Below, one piece after another: positions 37,100 through 46,644 of a DNA stretch of 64,000 bases; position 1 is the first letter of the stretch, and each line of letters begins with the position of its first letter. The DNA is from a virus. Taxonomy: Duplodnaviria; Heunggongvirae; Uroviricota; Caudoviricetes. The notes below the pieces were generated by a model. The model saw only the letters and a program-made list of their open reading frames with translations, made no database searches and was not told where the DNA came from. The position numbers were made by a program, and so were the translations under genes. The stretch lies in IMG/VR virus record IMGVR_UViG_3300020050_015720; one strand, written 5' to 3'.

Positions 37100-38037
37100 T
37101 TGGATAATAGTTTTTTTATTTTTCTGTTTGTTTGGACAACTCCAAAGTGTTTTTGGTAATCCGAAATATCCTTAAACACTGGATCTAAGTGTATGTTTGG
37201 AAGCTTCAGACGAAGCGATAATTTATTTGCAAACGTCACTCCGGCCGCGTCTCCGTCTAGGAAGATAACGATCTTTTTGAACCGTTTTCTTAGACCCGTT
37301 ATGTACGGAGCAATGGTTTCGTAGGAATCAGAACTAAGACCATACCCTTCCCCGTTTAGGGCCACAGCATTAAAACCATGCTGCTTTAAGACCATTATAT
37401 CCTTTATAGAAGATGTGATAAACAGTAGTTGTCCTCTCTGAGGTAATTGGTACAATCCTCCAATATCTTCCGCTGTGGCATTTCCACCTCATTTCTTTTG
37501 CTTATCAGGGCTGAGTGGTCGGTAAAGTTTTATTCTACCAGAAATGAACTTATAGGCAAAGAGAGGATTTTGTTTACTGCTACGTCCTACAAACGATTCA
37601 TTTTTATAGAGACTCTTTACTATAAAGCAGTATTTTGCTACTATTGTTTTTGGTATTCTGTACCTTTTCCAATAGTGCATACCATCCTCAATATCCCCAG
37701 GAATAAAGGAGAATACAGGTTTCTCGGGTTTATCTTCGACCTCTTGATCTTGGAACAAATGGGCATCCTTTTCAATCTTGGCAATTGCTTCGGAATAAGA
37801 TAGTCCAAATTTTTCTTTAACAAAATCAATTAGCGTATATTTTTTTCCAGTGCCAAAGTCTACAAATAGCGGAGTATTTGAATTTCCAATTCAAAATGAA
37901 CATGTTGGATTCTTGTCTCCTCTTAGCGGATTCTTATAATGTCGACCAAAGACTATTTCTGAATTCAAATAATACCCAAAAGCACCTAGGACACTAATCC
38001 TTTGAAGTATGTTCGTGTGTTCCTTTGCCTTTAGCAT
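37084..38037 (-). CDS. DNA primase (CHC2-like zinc-binding region plus Toprim domain), about 317 aa, two in-frame TGA (37489-37491 and 37891-37893)
   Basis: ORFs 37084..37455 and 37489..37758, plus the upstream region to an ATG at 38035, lie in one frame separated only by TGA. Motifs: KNPLRGDKNPTCSF*IGNSN (zinc-finger-like) and the Toprim motif VIFLDGDAAG. TAA stop. Confidence 0.7.
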
Positions 38038-38377
38038 CTCTATGAATTGTGACTTTTGTGATTGTTTTCGCCTTGTAAACTTCGATTAAATAGCATTCAA
38101 TCTGACTATGTGCATCGAGCCTAAAGGTTTTATTGAAAGCTACGTGTTGACGACTTACGTAACACCGCTCATTTTTTTCGTTGATAAAATCAGCTGAAAA
38201 TTCAGCAACCATAACCTCTTCTAGGAGATCAGGTGAAGAAGCAAGTACTGCCTGCAATTTGGCAAGATGCTTGAAATAGTATTCTAGTGTTAACATAAGA
38301 TAAATAAAAAAAGGGGTAGCAGATTGTAGCCTACTACCCCTAGATTTTAGCTCTGTAAAAACCTCATTTCTACCCAA
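37994..38377 (-). CDS. hypothetical protein (127 aa)
   Basis: Intact ORF with TAG stop. Overlaps the primase start. Confidence 0.45.
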   Translation of the reverse strand: MGRNEVFTELKSRGSRLQSATPFFIYLMLTLEYYFKHLAKLQAVLASSPDLLEEVMVAEFSADFINEKNERCYVSRQHVAFNKTFRLDAHSQIECYLIEVYKAKTITKVTIHRDAKGKGTHEHTSKD

Positions 38378-38414
38378 CCACGCCTAACGGTGGTAATTGT
38401 GATTAGTGAGCTAC

Positions 38415-39005
38415 TTAGACCAATGACTCTAAGTCCTCTGAAGAGGCACTGCCTGCGGCGTTCGACTTGGCAGCACGCTTCATTTCCATTTCGGAGATTG
38501 CCGCATTATCATCCTTTGATAACTTTAGGCCTGTTTCACTCCCTGGGTTGTGCCGCTCTACATACCTTGAGTAAGGCAACTCGGGATACATTTTCTCCTT
38601 ATAGTCTGGAATTACTTTCAGATTAACAGGTACATTTTTATGTGCACCTAAAAGAAGAGCTGCTTTCGCAACAAACTCCTTATAATCTGTAGCCTCGAAG
38701 GTCTCGACGATCTCTGGTCCGAGAAATACTAGCATCAAATCAGTGATTTGACCTAGGTTACGTTTTTGCTCCCTGTTATATGCGTCCTGAATAGTTTCGC
38801 CATCCTTCGGCTTACTACCAGTAGGCATGAACAGCCTTTTGTGGATTGCTCTCCCAGTGGTTGGCTCGGAGAACAGGATATCTGTCCAAGTTTGATCTGT
38901 GACAAGGCCACTGAAAACTACGGTTCCTTCGTGAATTCCTACTGGAATCTTTGTGCCACCTGTGCCGTTGTCACTGTTCAAAAATAGTTTTGCTTGTAAA
39001 CTCAT
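38415..39005 (-). CDS. hypothetical protein (196 aa) with an acidic C-terminal tail, possibly DNA-binding
   Basis: Intact ORF with TAA stop. C-terminus ends ...SASSEDLESLV. No confident family assignment. Confidence 0.5.
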   Translation of the reverse strand: MSLQAKLFLNSDNGTGGTKIPVGIHEGTVVFSGLVTDQTWTDILFSEPTTGRAIHKRLFMPTGSKPKDGETIQDAYNREQKRNLGQITDLMLVFLGPEIVETFEATDYKEFVAKAALLLGAHKNVPVNLKVIPDYKEKMYPELPYSRYVERHNPGSETGLKLSKDDNAAISEMEMKRAAKSNAAGSASSEDLESLV

Positions 39006-39010
39006 TTCGT

Positions 39011-39358
39011 TTAATTTTCTGCTGCAATTACAGCGGTTCGAACATTCTCTAGATTATTTTCAATTTTGCTTGGAAACACGTCCATAACTGAACGAGCTTC
39101 ATTGGTACCATCACTTTTGGTTATCAACTCATAGTTGAAATTACCATCAGCTCCAGCACTTATCTTTGTGTATAAATTATAAGATAGAAAGGCATTCAAG
39201 TTAATCTTTGAAAGCTTCTTTCCATTGACCATAGTACGATAATGGGTAATACCATTTACGTCATAGGCCTCGCAATGCGCTAATACGAATACTACAAAAT
39301 CATCACGCTTAATTTCACGTATTAACTTATATAGATTTCATACTTCTACAGCTAGCAC
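39011..39358 (-). CDS. hypothetical protein with one in-frame TGA (39338-39340); start uncertain
   Basis: ORF 39011..39232 extends upstream in-frame through the TGA. There is no ATG before the TAG at 39401, so GTG at 39356 is a possible start. Confidence 0.35.
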
Positions 39359-39658
39359 TATTCCCCATATTTCTATGGGGCGTGGATCATATCTTCTTTG
39401 CTAAGATTCTGCGCTTATACTAGTATCTTTTAGTGTGTAAACACAATTGCAAAGTCCTGCCATTTCGGGCTTTAAAAGTCGCCCTACTCCCCTTCGGAGG
39501 GATGATCTCTGAACGTTCCCCTGTTCGGGGCTTCGCTGCTGATTGTCCAATTCTATTATTTTTTAACTTATCAAGCTTGCCTTTATTTCAAAGCTACTTT
39601 GTAGTATAATAAACTCTAAGGATATTCCAGCAATTAGACAGGTACCGGACCTAACCTA

Positions 39659-39976
39659 TTGATCCGCCCACTTATCTCTTGAAGGAGATTCTAGGATAGC
39701 CATCTCTTCTGTTGTCATCATAGCATTTATAGTGTCTATAACAATACAGTTGATATCTTGGCGTGTCTCACTAACAGCCTTTACCACTTTATATATTGTT
39801 GTGGGATCGGCCGTCTTCGCGTAGTTTTTATTTTCCGCATTATAAGCGTTCTTTCATCCTTTCCAAGAGAGACCTTTTCCATCCGCATCAATGTAGTAAG
39901 TGCTCTTCGGGTCTAAGAAACGTGCTCCTGTAGTTTTACCTGTTGCAGGTAGTCCTGTTATTTGTACTAAGTTCAT
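39659..39976 (-). CDS. small P-loop NTPase / nucleotide-kinase-like protein (about 105 aa) with one in-frame TGA (39854-39856)
   Basis: Not in the ORF track. Hand translation: MNLVQITGLPATGKTTGARFLDPKSTYYIDADGKGLSWKG*KNAYN...DKWADQ with TAG stop at 39656. Walker A is GLPATGKT. The ATG lies 2 nt after the TAA of the upstream gene. Confidence 0.5.
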
Positions 39977-39978
39977 AA

Positions 39979-40977
39979 TTATAAATCTACTTCTTCTAGT
40001 TTATAGTGTGCAAAATTCTCAGCCAAAGCAATTACCCCAGGCTTTCCGAATCTTTCTTTTATGAGGTGCCAATAGACCATGTGTCTACTAGGCTCCTTTG
40101 GGTATACTAATGGTCAGCCATTTGGAAACTGAGTTCTTGGGGGCCCGTAACCTTTTTCTACACCATTTATGGTTCGCTTCATACCATTTACTGTTATAGG
40201 TCTATGGGACACTAAAACATAGTCTGACGTATGGTAAACAGACGAAGCAGCAAATATGTCATTTCTATTTGGGAAATGGTATAACGGATTTTCTACACGT
40301 TCAACCCGTTCGATATCCCTGTTTAATTGGCCCAAACTAATAATGAGGCAACGTAGGCCTATATGAGCACAATATTTTTTTATATCATTCAAGACATCCA
40401 TCAAAGCATCTACAATCTCTTTCTCGTTGTCACCTGTTCTACCTTTTGTCAAAAGTATGTGGTCAATTGTGATTACTAATCCTAGATTCTTTGAGAGCAA
40501 CTGCCTCTCTGATATAAAGGTTAGAATAGTTTCCTGTATTTGGGATGGTGTGCCAGGATTGTCAACGTAATAAACTGGAACAGAATTTCGCTTCTCTAAC
40601 GCTTTTTCTACCTCATCAAATGCTTCTTTAGACAATGGGCTAGCCGCAGAATACAATTCCTTTATAGTGTACTTTCCTAAAGAAGACACATAACGAGCTA
40701 GCTGATCTTCAATTAGCATCTCAAATTCAAAGGAAAGAATCTCAAAATCAGGTTTATTAAGATCAATAAAATCTTTCTTTAGTTGCTCAAGGATTGTAGA
40801 TTTTCCAGAGCCCGACTGCCCCACAATCGTAAATATTCTTCCTCAGTCAATGCCTCCCATAAGCACAGAGTTCAGTTTAGAAAATGAAGTCTTCAAGGAT
40901 TTTATCTCGCCACTCTGTCTCTTCTTTATGTATTCTAAGGTTGAGTTAACTCCATAACTAATGTGTCTATATTCCAT
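39979..40977 (-). CDS. DnaB-like replicative helicase (RecA-fold C-terminal domain), about 332 aa, two in-frame TGA (40114-40116 and 40843-40845)
   Basis: ORF 40114..40824 starts directly at Walker A (GQSGSGKST). The upstream in-frame extension through TGA reaches an ATG at 40975. Walker B is LVITIDH, and a DnaB-like C-terminal motif (NDIFAASSVYHTSDYVL) is present. Downstream read-through of the TGA at 40114 adds 45 protein-like codons to TAA at 39979. Confidence 0.65.
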
Positions 40978-41534
40978 TATAACAATCCATTATCTTCTTC
41001 TAAAGTATATACAGGAAAAACTATGTTTTCATATTCCTTATCTCTTAACCAATTGACTGAAGCTTTCATGTATTTAAAAGGGTTGGAAAGAGATGGAGAC
41101 TCTTTCTTATTTTTTATCTCTATTTCAAGAGCTTCCTGTAGTTCAGGAGCAGACAGACTATTTAATGCTAACAAATATTGCGCATAGGTTTCCTTTTTGT
41201 TCTGCCTTAATTTTCTTGTTTCTCCAAATCGATCTCACTTATCGGACGCTGGGAAGGTTTTCCAGAACAACTCAAAATCTTCTGTGTAAGTAGCTGTGGC
41301 TTCGTTAGGCAGGAGGGTTAAGTAGCGTGAGAGAAAAACGTGACCAGCATCCAACAAGTGTGTTTCTGTGCAAAGTTTTTGGGAGATTAGATTTTCTATT
41401 ATCAAGTTTTCTTCGATACTCGGTTGTGTTAACTCTCCCGTGCTTAGGTACCACAGCACGAGGTATGATTCGACCGAGATCCTGTCTTCTTTCAATTGCC
41501 TGTATATAGGCAGCGTTAAGGGTAATTGAGACAT
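40977..41534 (-). CDS. hypothetical protein (about 185 aa) upstream of the helicase; possible replisome organiser/loader. One in-frame TGA (41235-41237).
   Basis: ORFs 41235..41534 and 40977..41174 share a frame across the TGA. The joined product reads ...ASDK*DRFGETRKLRQNKKETYAQYLLALNSLSAPELQEALE... Confidence 0.45.
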
Positions 41535-41820
41535 AATTTAAAATATGTTTTGAGTAGTGTATCTGCTTTGTGTCTGCATATTCCTCATTGACTTCTAAGG
41601 ACATTTCTGTGCTATCAAAGTATTCCTGTATCCGCTCCATTAATTGGGTTGCATCCCAAATACATTGAAAATAAGATAAATAAGGAAAGGAATGCAATAG
41701 TAGATGTGACCGCCCCTTTTGAGTGTAACGAATAGAGAAAATAACGCTATAAGAGTCTGCCCAAAAGGTTGTTTGCAGGTCTTTTGTTTTTAGTGTGCCG
41801 GAGAATATTCGTTTTTCCAT
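41305..41820 (-). CDS. hypothetical protein (171 aa) overlapping the previous gene by about 230 nt in another frame
   Basis: Standard ORF from ATG at 41818 to TAA at 41305. The long overlap suggests either a frameshift (real or error) or an overlapping gene. Confidence 0.35.
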   Translation of the reverse strand: MEKRIFSGTLKTKDLQTTFWADSYSVIFSIRYTQKGRSHLLLHSFPYLSYFQCIWDATQLMERIQEYFDSTEMSLEVNEEYADTKQIHYSKHILNYVSITLNAAYIQAIERRQDLGRIIPRAVVPKHGRVNTTEYRRKLDNRKSNLPKTLHRNTLVGCWSRFSLTLLNPPA

Positions 41821-42122
41821 TATTCTGTAGTAGGGTATGTTCCACTAGAGCTGCTACACATAAAGATAGCTTCACAATCTTGTTCTTGAAATAATCTGTA
41901 CAGCGCCCTTATACTTGATTTTAGAAGTACGTGGTAGTCATAGGAACGCTGACCTTCAAAAGCTATTGTTTCACCAGCAAAGTAATATAAGGTAATTGAA
42001 GCACGAAATAATTCCTCCTCTTCTTCTATCTCTACTAATCCGCCAATCTTTCCATAGGCGTTTCTATAGTGCATGACCATCCGAAAGTATTCATTGGGAA
42101 TTTTATTGTTTGTCTTCAGCAT
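41820..42122 (-). CDS. hypothetical protein (about 100 aa)
   Basis: ATG at 42120-42122 and TAA at 41820. Confidence 0.45.
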   Translation of the reverse strand: MLKTNNKIPNEYFRMVMHYRNAYGKIGGLVEIEEEEELFRASITLYYFAGETIAFEGQRSYDYHVLLKSSIRALYRLFQEQDCEAIFMCSSSSGTYPTTE

Positions 42123-42351
42123 ATGCAAGGGCTTTTTCGATTAGATCAAACAAAGATAACATAGGCCCAAAGGTTTTACTATGATAATACGAATTATTTT
42201 TATTCCGTAAAGAGAGTTTTGCTCCGTAACGCTGTAGCCCGTCTGCGGCCCTAGTCCTGGTTTTATACAGAGACAATTTCGCATATACTTCACCATGCGC
42301 CTTTGTTAGCTCTATCTGGGCTAAAAATCTATGAGATTTGTCCGTCGGCAT
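42103..42351 (-). CDS. hypothetical protein (82 aa)
   Basis: Intact ORF from ATG to TAA. Confidence 0.45.
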   Translation of the reverse strand: MPTDKSHRFLAQIELTKAHGEVYAKLSLYKTRTRAADGLQRYGAKLSLRNKNNSYYHSKTFGPMLSLFDLIEKALAYAEDKQ

Positions 42352-42553
42352 AGCTATGAAATTTTCTTATGACGTCGAGTAAAGTAGTGTGCATGTTATG
42401 GGTTACCACTAATTTTTGGCGCTCCAGCACACGATCGTTCTGTAATATGATATAATATAAGTGAATCTCTTTCCCACTAGACTCAAATATATGCAACTTT
42501 AAATCAAAATTTCCAGAAGAGTGTATCCCTTTATACATCAAGGTTCCCATCAA
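42329..42553 (-). CDS. hypothetical protein (74 aa)
   Basis: Intact ORF with TAG stop. Confidence 0.4.
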   Translation of the reverse strand: MMGTLMYKGIHSSGNFDLKLHIFESSGKEIHLYYIILQNDRVLERQKLVVTHNMHTTLLDVIRKFHSYADGQIS

Positions 42554-43700
42554 TTAAACTGGTTGAAGGTAAAAGAGCAAAAAGTTCTTGCTTGGCTATT
42601 TCTGGCGACACGTTTTCTCTTACAGAAAGAACCTTTGAGTCCCCAGTTGACCAATATACCAGGGTAAATTTTCCAGTATCGTCCTTATAAAAGCGTAGGG
42701 TGTGTGCCTCGAGTTTCATAACTAACGGTGGATATCCCCCACCATATTTTGAACAGCATTCACAAATGTAATTACTGTCCGTGTCGAAATACTGTGCCAC
42801 TACATATTCTGGAATCAATGTAAGATCAATAAGAATGTACTGTCCACAAGATTCACATATCTCTTCCTTATGACGAATAACCGCTGTATTAGCTTCAAAA
42901 TTATCAGTACGCGCCTTATATAGTTGGCGCATATCGTGTCCAGCATAATGGAGTTTTCGTGAATCACTTGTTAACAGATCATACGTGCAAGCTCCACACA
43001 TATGCTTAAATAAGGTACCATTTTGCGTCCTAACTTCGTCTTCAAAGTTTGTAATCAAATAGTTTCCATCGCAAACAGGACAAATAGCTACTTCTGTAAA
43101 TGTTTCTACGTAGTCCTCGATAGTTCCTACTCTGAATTGCTTCAATTCATCCTCAATGAGTTTTACACAAGACAAGCATATAAGCACCTTACCACCATCA
43201 AGCCAATTTTGAGTGGCTCCCATAGGAGTATCTATCTCGTGACAAAACTCCTTCGTGTAAGGATCAGATACATTTATACGTTGTTGCACCTTACAGAAAA
43301 TACAAGCTAATTTTTTTTCCTTTGCGTTTGGCTCAATCTCCTCATTTAGGTGTTGATAATGCTCATAAGTGTGGTCAGGGAAAACCCCCTGCGACACAAA
43401 TGTTTGTATGTCATTAAACAGACCTATGGTTTTCGTATTTGTGCCACTTCTTAGTTTTGCTTCGATTTTATTATCACAATCATCACAGATAAATACTCCT
43501 GGAACACGTTCTGGTGTTTCACCACCACCTAAAGGGTAATGAAATAAAGGAATATAAGTATGCTGATTTAAACAAAAAACACATTGCTCTTCACAAGCCT
43601 GACCTACTCGGTGTTCGTCGAGTTGGCTCGGAAGCAATGCTCCCCTCATCCTTATATACTGCGTAAGCCGGTTTGCACCTCGGCCAAATGGTTTAGCCAT
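42531..43700 (-). CDS. Cys-rich multi-zinc-ribbon protein (389 aa)
   Basis: At least eight CxxC pairs are spread across the protein (CEEQC, CDDC, CIFC, CLSC, CPVC, CGAC, CESC, CECC). ATG and TAA are intact. Confidence 0.6.
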   Translation of the reverse strand: MAKPFGRGANRLTQYIRMRGALLPSQLDEHRVGQACEEQCVFCLNQHTYIPLFHYPLGGGETPERVPGVFICDDCDNKIEAKLRSGTNTKTIGLFNDIQTFVSQGVFPDHTYEHYQHLNEEIEPNAKEKKLACIFCKVQQRINVSDPYTKEFCHEIDTPMGATQNWLDGGKVLICLSCVKLIEDELKQFRVGTIEDYVETFTEVAICPVCDGNYLITNFEDEVRTQNGTLFKHMCGACTYDLLTSDSRKLHYAGHDMRQLYKARTDNFEANTAVIRHKEEICESCGQYILIDLTLIPEYVVAQYFDTDSNYICECCSKYGGGYPPLVMKLEAHTLRFYKDDTGKFTLVYWSTGDSKVLSVRENVSPEIAKQELFALLPSTSLIDGNLDV

Positions 43701-44836
43701 ATTGGTGTTAATTTAGAATTGATGAATTTTTTCTCTATCCAAGTCTTCTCCACAGTTCCGATCGTGTACAAATTAAAAAATATAGGCGTTTTACCTTCTT
43801 CAGGGCGAATAATCCTGCTTAGCTGTTGACGATTTGTTAATAACGTTGATACTCCTGAAGCACAGATTCCGCCAAATACTCTTGGCACATCTAAGCCTTC
43901 ATTTAAAGCGTCAACAGCAATTAATCTTGTTTTATCCCCAGCACTAAAAGCCTTTAAAACTTGTTCTCTTTGGGATGTTTTTTGCTTTGAATGGTACACA
44001 ACACTGTTTGGTACTTGTGTAGCTATTTTCTCCGCAAAGGCAGTTGTTTTTGTGAAAATGATCCACTTTGCACTCGGGGGATATTTCTCCAATATTGAAA
44101 TTACTGCGCCTATTTTTGCAGGGTTTTCGTACAAGACTTGCTTGCGCATAGTCATACTTGCCCAGTAAGCATTACAGGCCATTTGCACCTCTTTTTCAAA
44201 GTTTCGATGTTGAGCTGCTCTGGCTAATTCAAATATAGATGAATACTCTCTAAGATGAAATTGCTCACTCCTAAATCGAGTAAGTTTTATTATGCTCTGA
44301 GTGAATTTACTGTCAAAAACTTTATACTTTCCAGCAACTTCTTTACTAAGGGGAACAGCAAGATTGTATATTTGAGCCTTTGGTGCAAGGCCCTCATCAA
44401 TAGCGCCAGATAACTCTTTTTCGTACACAGTTGGGGCAATCCTCTCCAAAAAGCTAACGTATTCTGGGTCTTCTGGTAGTGTGGCGGTTAAACACAAAAG
44501 AGCCCTTGTCTTTATATTTGTGAACAATCTTCTGTACTCTTTTGAAAGAGCCCGATGCACCTCATCTACTATAACTAAATCATACTCACCTTCATGGAGA
44601 TAAGCACTCTTTAAGCACATGTATGTGACATCGGGCCCAACAACAACATTTTTTCACTGGTCCAATATTGGTCTACGAGAAGTAACTATCAATGTTCGTG
44701 GTGTTCCTAAAGCTTCAAAAGCCATAAGTCCACAACGAGTTTTGCCGCCTCCCGTATAAATTAATATGGTTCCCCAGTTATTTGCATCTTTTCAGGCCTG
44801 AACAGCTTCAGCCTGCATCTTATCTCTCTTATCCAT
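43652..44836 (-). CDS. SF2 helicase (DEVH-box; UvsW / type III Res-like), about 394 aa, two in-frame TGA (44654-44656 and 44792-44794)
   Basis: ORF 43652..44620 contains VIVDEVH (motif II) and later motifs. The upstream in-frame region through two TGA contains motif I (LIYTGGGKTRCG) and an ATG at 44834. TAA stop. Confidence 0.7.
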
Positions 44837-45446
44837 TATCTACTTGACATTTTGTGCACCAACCGTGGTTATCTGCAACAAGTGTGTTTTCAGAACAATT
44901 TGTACAAACTCCTCGCTCTAAATTTATTTTACATTTATGGCAGAATGAATCATATTGGCTCGCAGTTGACAGTGTTTGACCACAGCCGTGGCACACTCTT
45001 TGTGTACGTCTTGAAGCTAAGCTAACACATTCATCACAAAAAGCGGCTCCCCGTATGACAGGTTTTCCACAAGACTTGCAGCGTTTTGGTGGTTGCACGT
45101 TGTACCTGTTAAAACAATTCATGCAGAGACCCTCATTGTTAAGGTGAGACAGAATTCCGCATTCCAGGCATTTTTGCACTTTTGTGCTAGCAGGACGAAA
45201 TACTTCAAGATTTTTACAGTCTTCACAAAGTAAACTATTGTTAGCATATTCTTCAATCACCGAAGAACAATTACTGCATGTCTTCTTTAAGTTTCTAGTC
45301 TCAAAGCATCGTGCACATATTCTCGTTACTATCTTTTCTGGTTTTTCTATTCTGTAATAGCAGCTTTCACAACAAGCGTACTTATCACGAACAAAACCAA
45401 GCCAGGTTATTGTATGACAAATCTGGCATTCGTCTTGTAATCCCAC
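44829..45446 (-). CDS. multi-zinc-ribbon protein (205 aa)
   Basis: About ten CxxC pairs. TAA stop. Confidence 0.6.
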   Translation of the reverse strand: MGLQDECQICHTITWLGFVRDKYACCESCYYRIEKPEKIVTRICARCFETRNLKKTCSNCSSVIEEYANNSLLCEDCKNLEVFRPASTKVQKCLECGILSHLNNEGLCMNCFNRYNVQPPKRCKSCGKPVIRGAAFCDECVSLASRRTQRVCHGCGQTLSTASQYDSFCHKCKINLERGVCTNCSENTLVADNHGWCTKCQVDNG

Positions 45447-45538
45447 AAGCCAAGGAGGGCGTGAGAAGGTGTGGATTAATTCAAGGCCAATATTGCCGTG
45501 TATTCCCCCACACCACTCACAACTAGGTTCTCCTCGGC

Positions 45539-46636
45539 TTACATCTTTTTTGCTGCTTTAGGCAGAGTTAAGCCGCCCTTAGTCCATTTAGTAACCAAGG
45601 CTTGAAATTGAGTACGTAAACCAGCCTTAGCTTGAGGAGACGAGTTTCTTGCTGATTCATATTTCACGAGCAAATCCATAGCTTCCGCTAAGTTAGCAAC
45701 CGTATTTTGTTGGGTGCTTTTGTCATGAATATACGGAAACAGTTTCTCAGAAAATGAAGCAACAACATCTTTATCAAGTTCAGCATAAGTCAACAGTTTA
45801 CCTATCAAATCTTTTGCTTTCCTTGCTTCTTCAGTTATGTCATCTTTTGGCTTCTTGTCCTTTGCGTCATCTTTTGCTTTTGAATCCTTAGCGGGTGCAT
45901 CAACAACCAAATCAAATAAGTTGCCTAGCAAAGCATGATTTACACCTTTATGGGTTAGAGCCAGCATTAATACCGTTAGGATTTCCCAGAAGGTAATTAG
46001 GATGTGAAAGGCTGTCAAACCTAATGAAGTCACCATACCCGTTTTAAGGGAATCATATGGGGCATAGTTAGCCGGAAGCTTATTCAACGCTATCACATAG
46101 TCTAAGTACGCTTGAGGTTTAAATCCCAAACCAACTTGAAAACTTGCCCACCATACTTCAAGTTGAACTCCCTGATGAAGAGCATTTGTCATAGCCATAA
46201 GATTGTAGATAGGCGATCCAATGGTCAAAACCAAACTTACACCACTCAGCATAAAAGTTGTGCTAGCCAAGCCCAGCCAAATGCCTAGGGGTCTTTTTGT
46301 TGTTATTACGGATATGAAACTTCCAAAGTATTTTGTCATGGCGAAGGCACCAAAAGCGCCTACCATTGCCATTGCTATGTGACTGCCCATACGAGCAGCT
46401 ACGTTCATGTTTTCTTCTTGAACTGAACCCAGGAGAGCTGCTTCTGCAAGCATAGCTGAAGCCTGGAAAACAATAAAGTATGTCAGAGAATATTTAATAA
46501 AGGAACGAACAAGAATTACTCCTGGTTCAAGCCCCGCATTTTCAGGATCTTTTTTTGCTTTTTGATATCCAAAGTAGCTTACGACGCCAAGTAATCCGGC
46601 GACCATAATGTAAATAAACGTGGCTTCTAATGTCAT
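45539..46636 (-). CDS. polytopic inner-membrane protein (365 aa)
   Basis: Several hydrophobic helices and a Lys/Asp-rich loop. ATG at 46634, TAA at 45539. Confidence 0.6.
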   Translation of the reverse strand: MTLEATFIYIMVAGLLGVVSYFGYQKAKKDPENAGLEPGVILVRSFIKYSLTYFIVFQASAMLAEAALLGSVQEENMNVAARMGSHIAMAMVGAFGAFAMTKYFGSFISVITTKRPLGIWLGLASTTFMLSGVSLVLTIGSPIYNLMAMTNALHQGVQLEVWWASFQVGLGFKPQAYLDYVIALNKLPANYAPYDSLKTGMVTSLGLTAFHILITFWEILTVLMLALTHKGVNHALLGNLFDLVVDAPAKDSKAKDDAKDKKPKDDITEEARKAKDLIGKLLTYAELDKDVVASFSEKLFPYIHDKSTQQNTVANLAEAMDLLVKYESARNSSPQAKAGLRTQFQALVTKWTKGGLTLPKAAKKM

Positions 46637-46644
46637 TATTTTTT

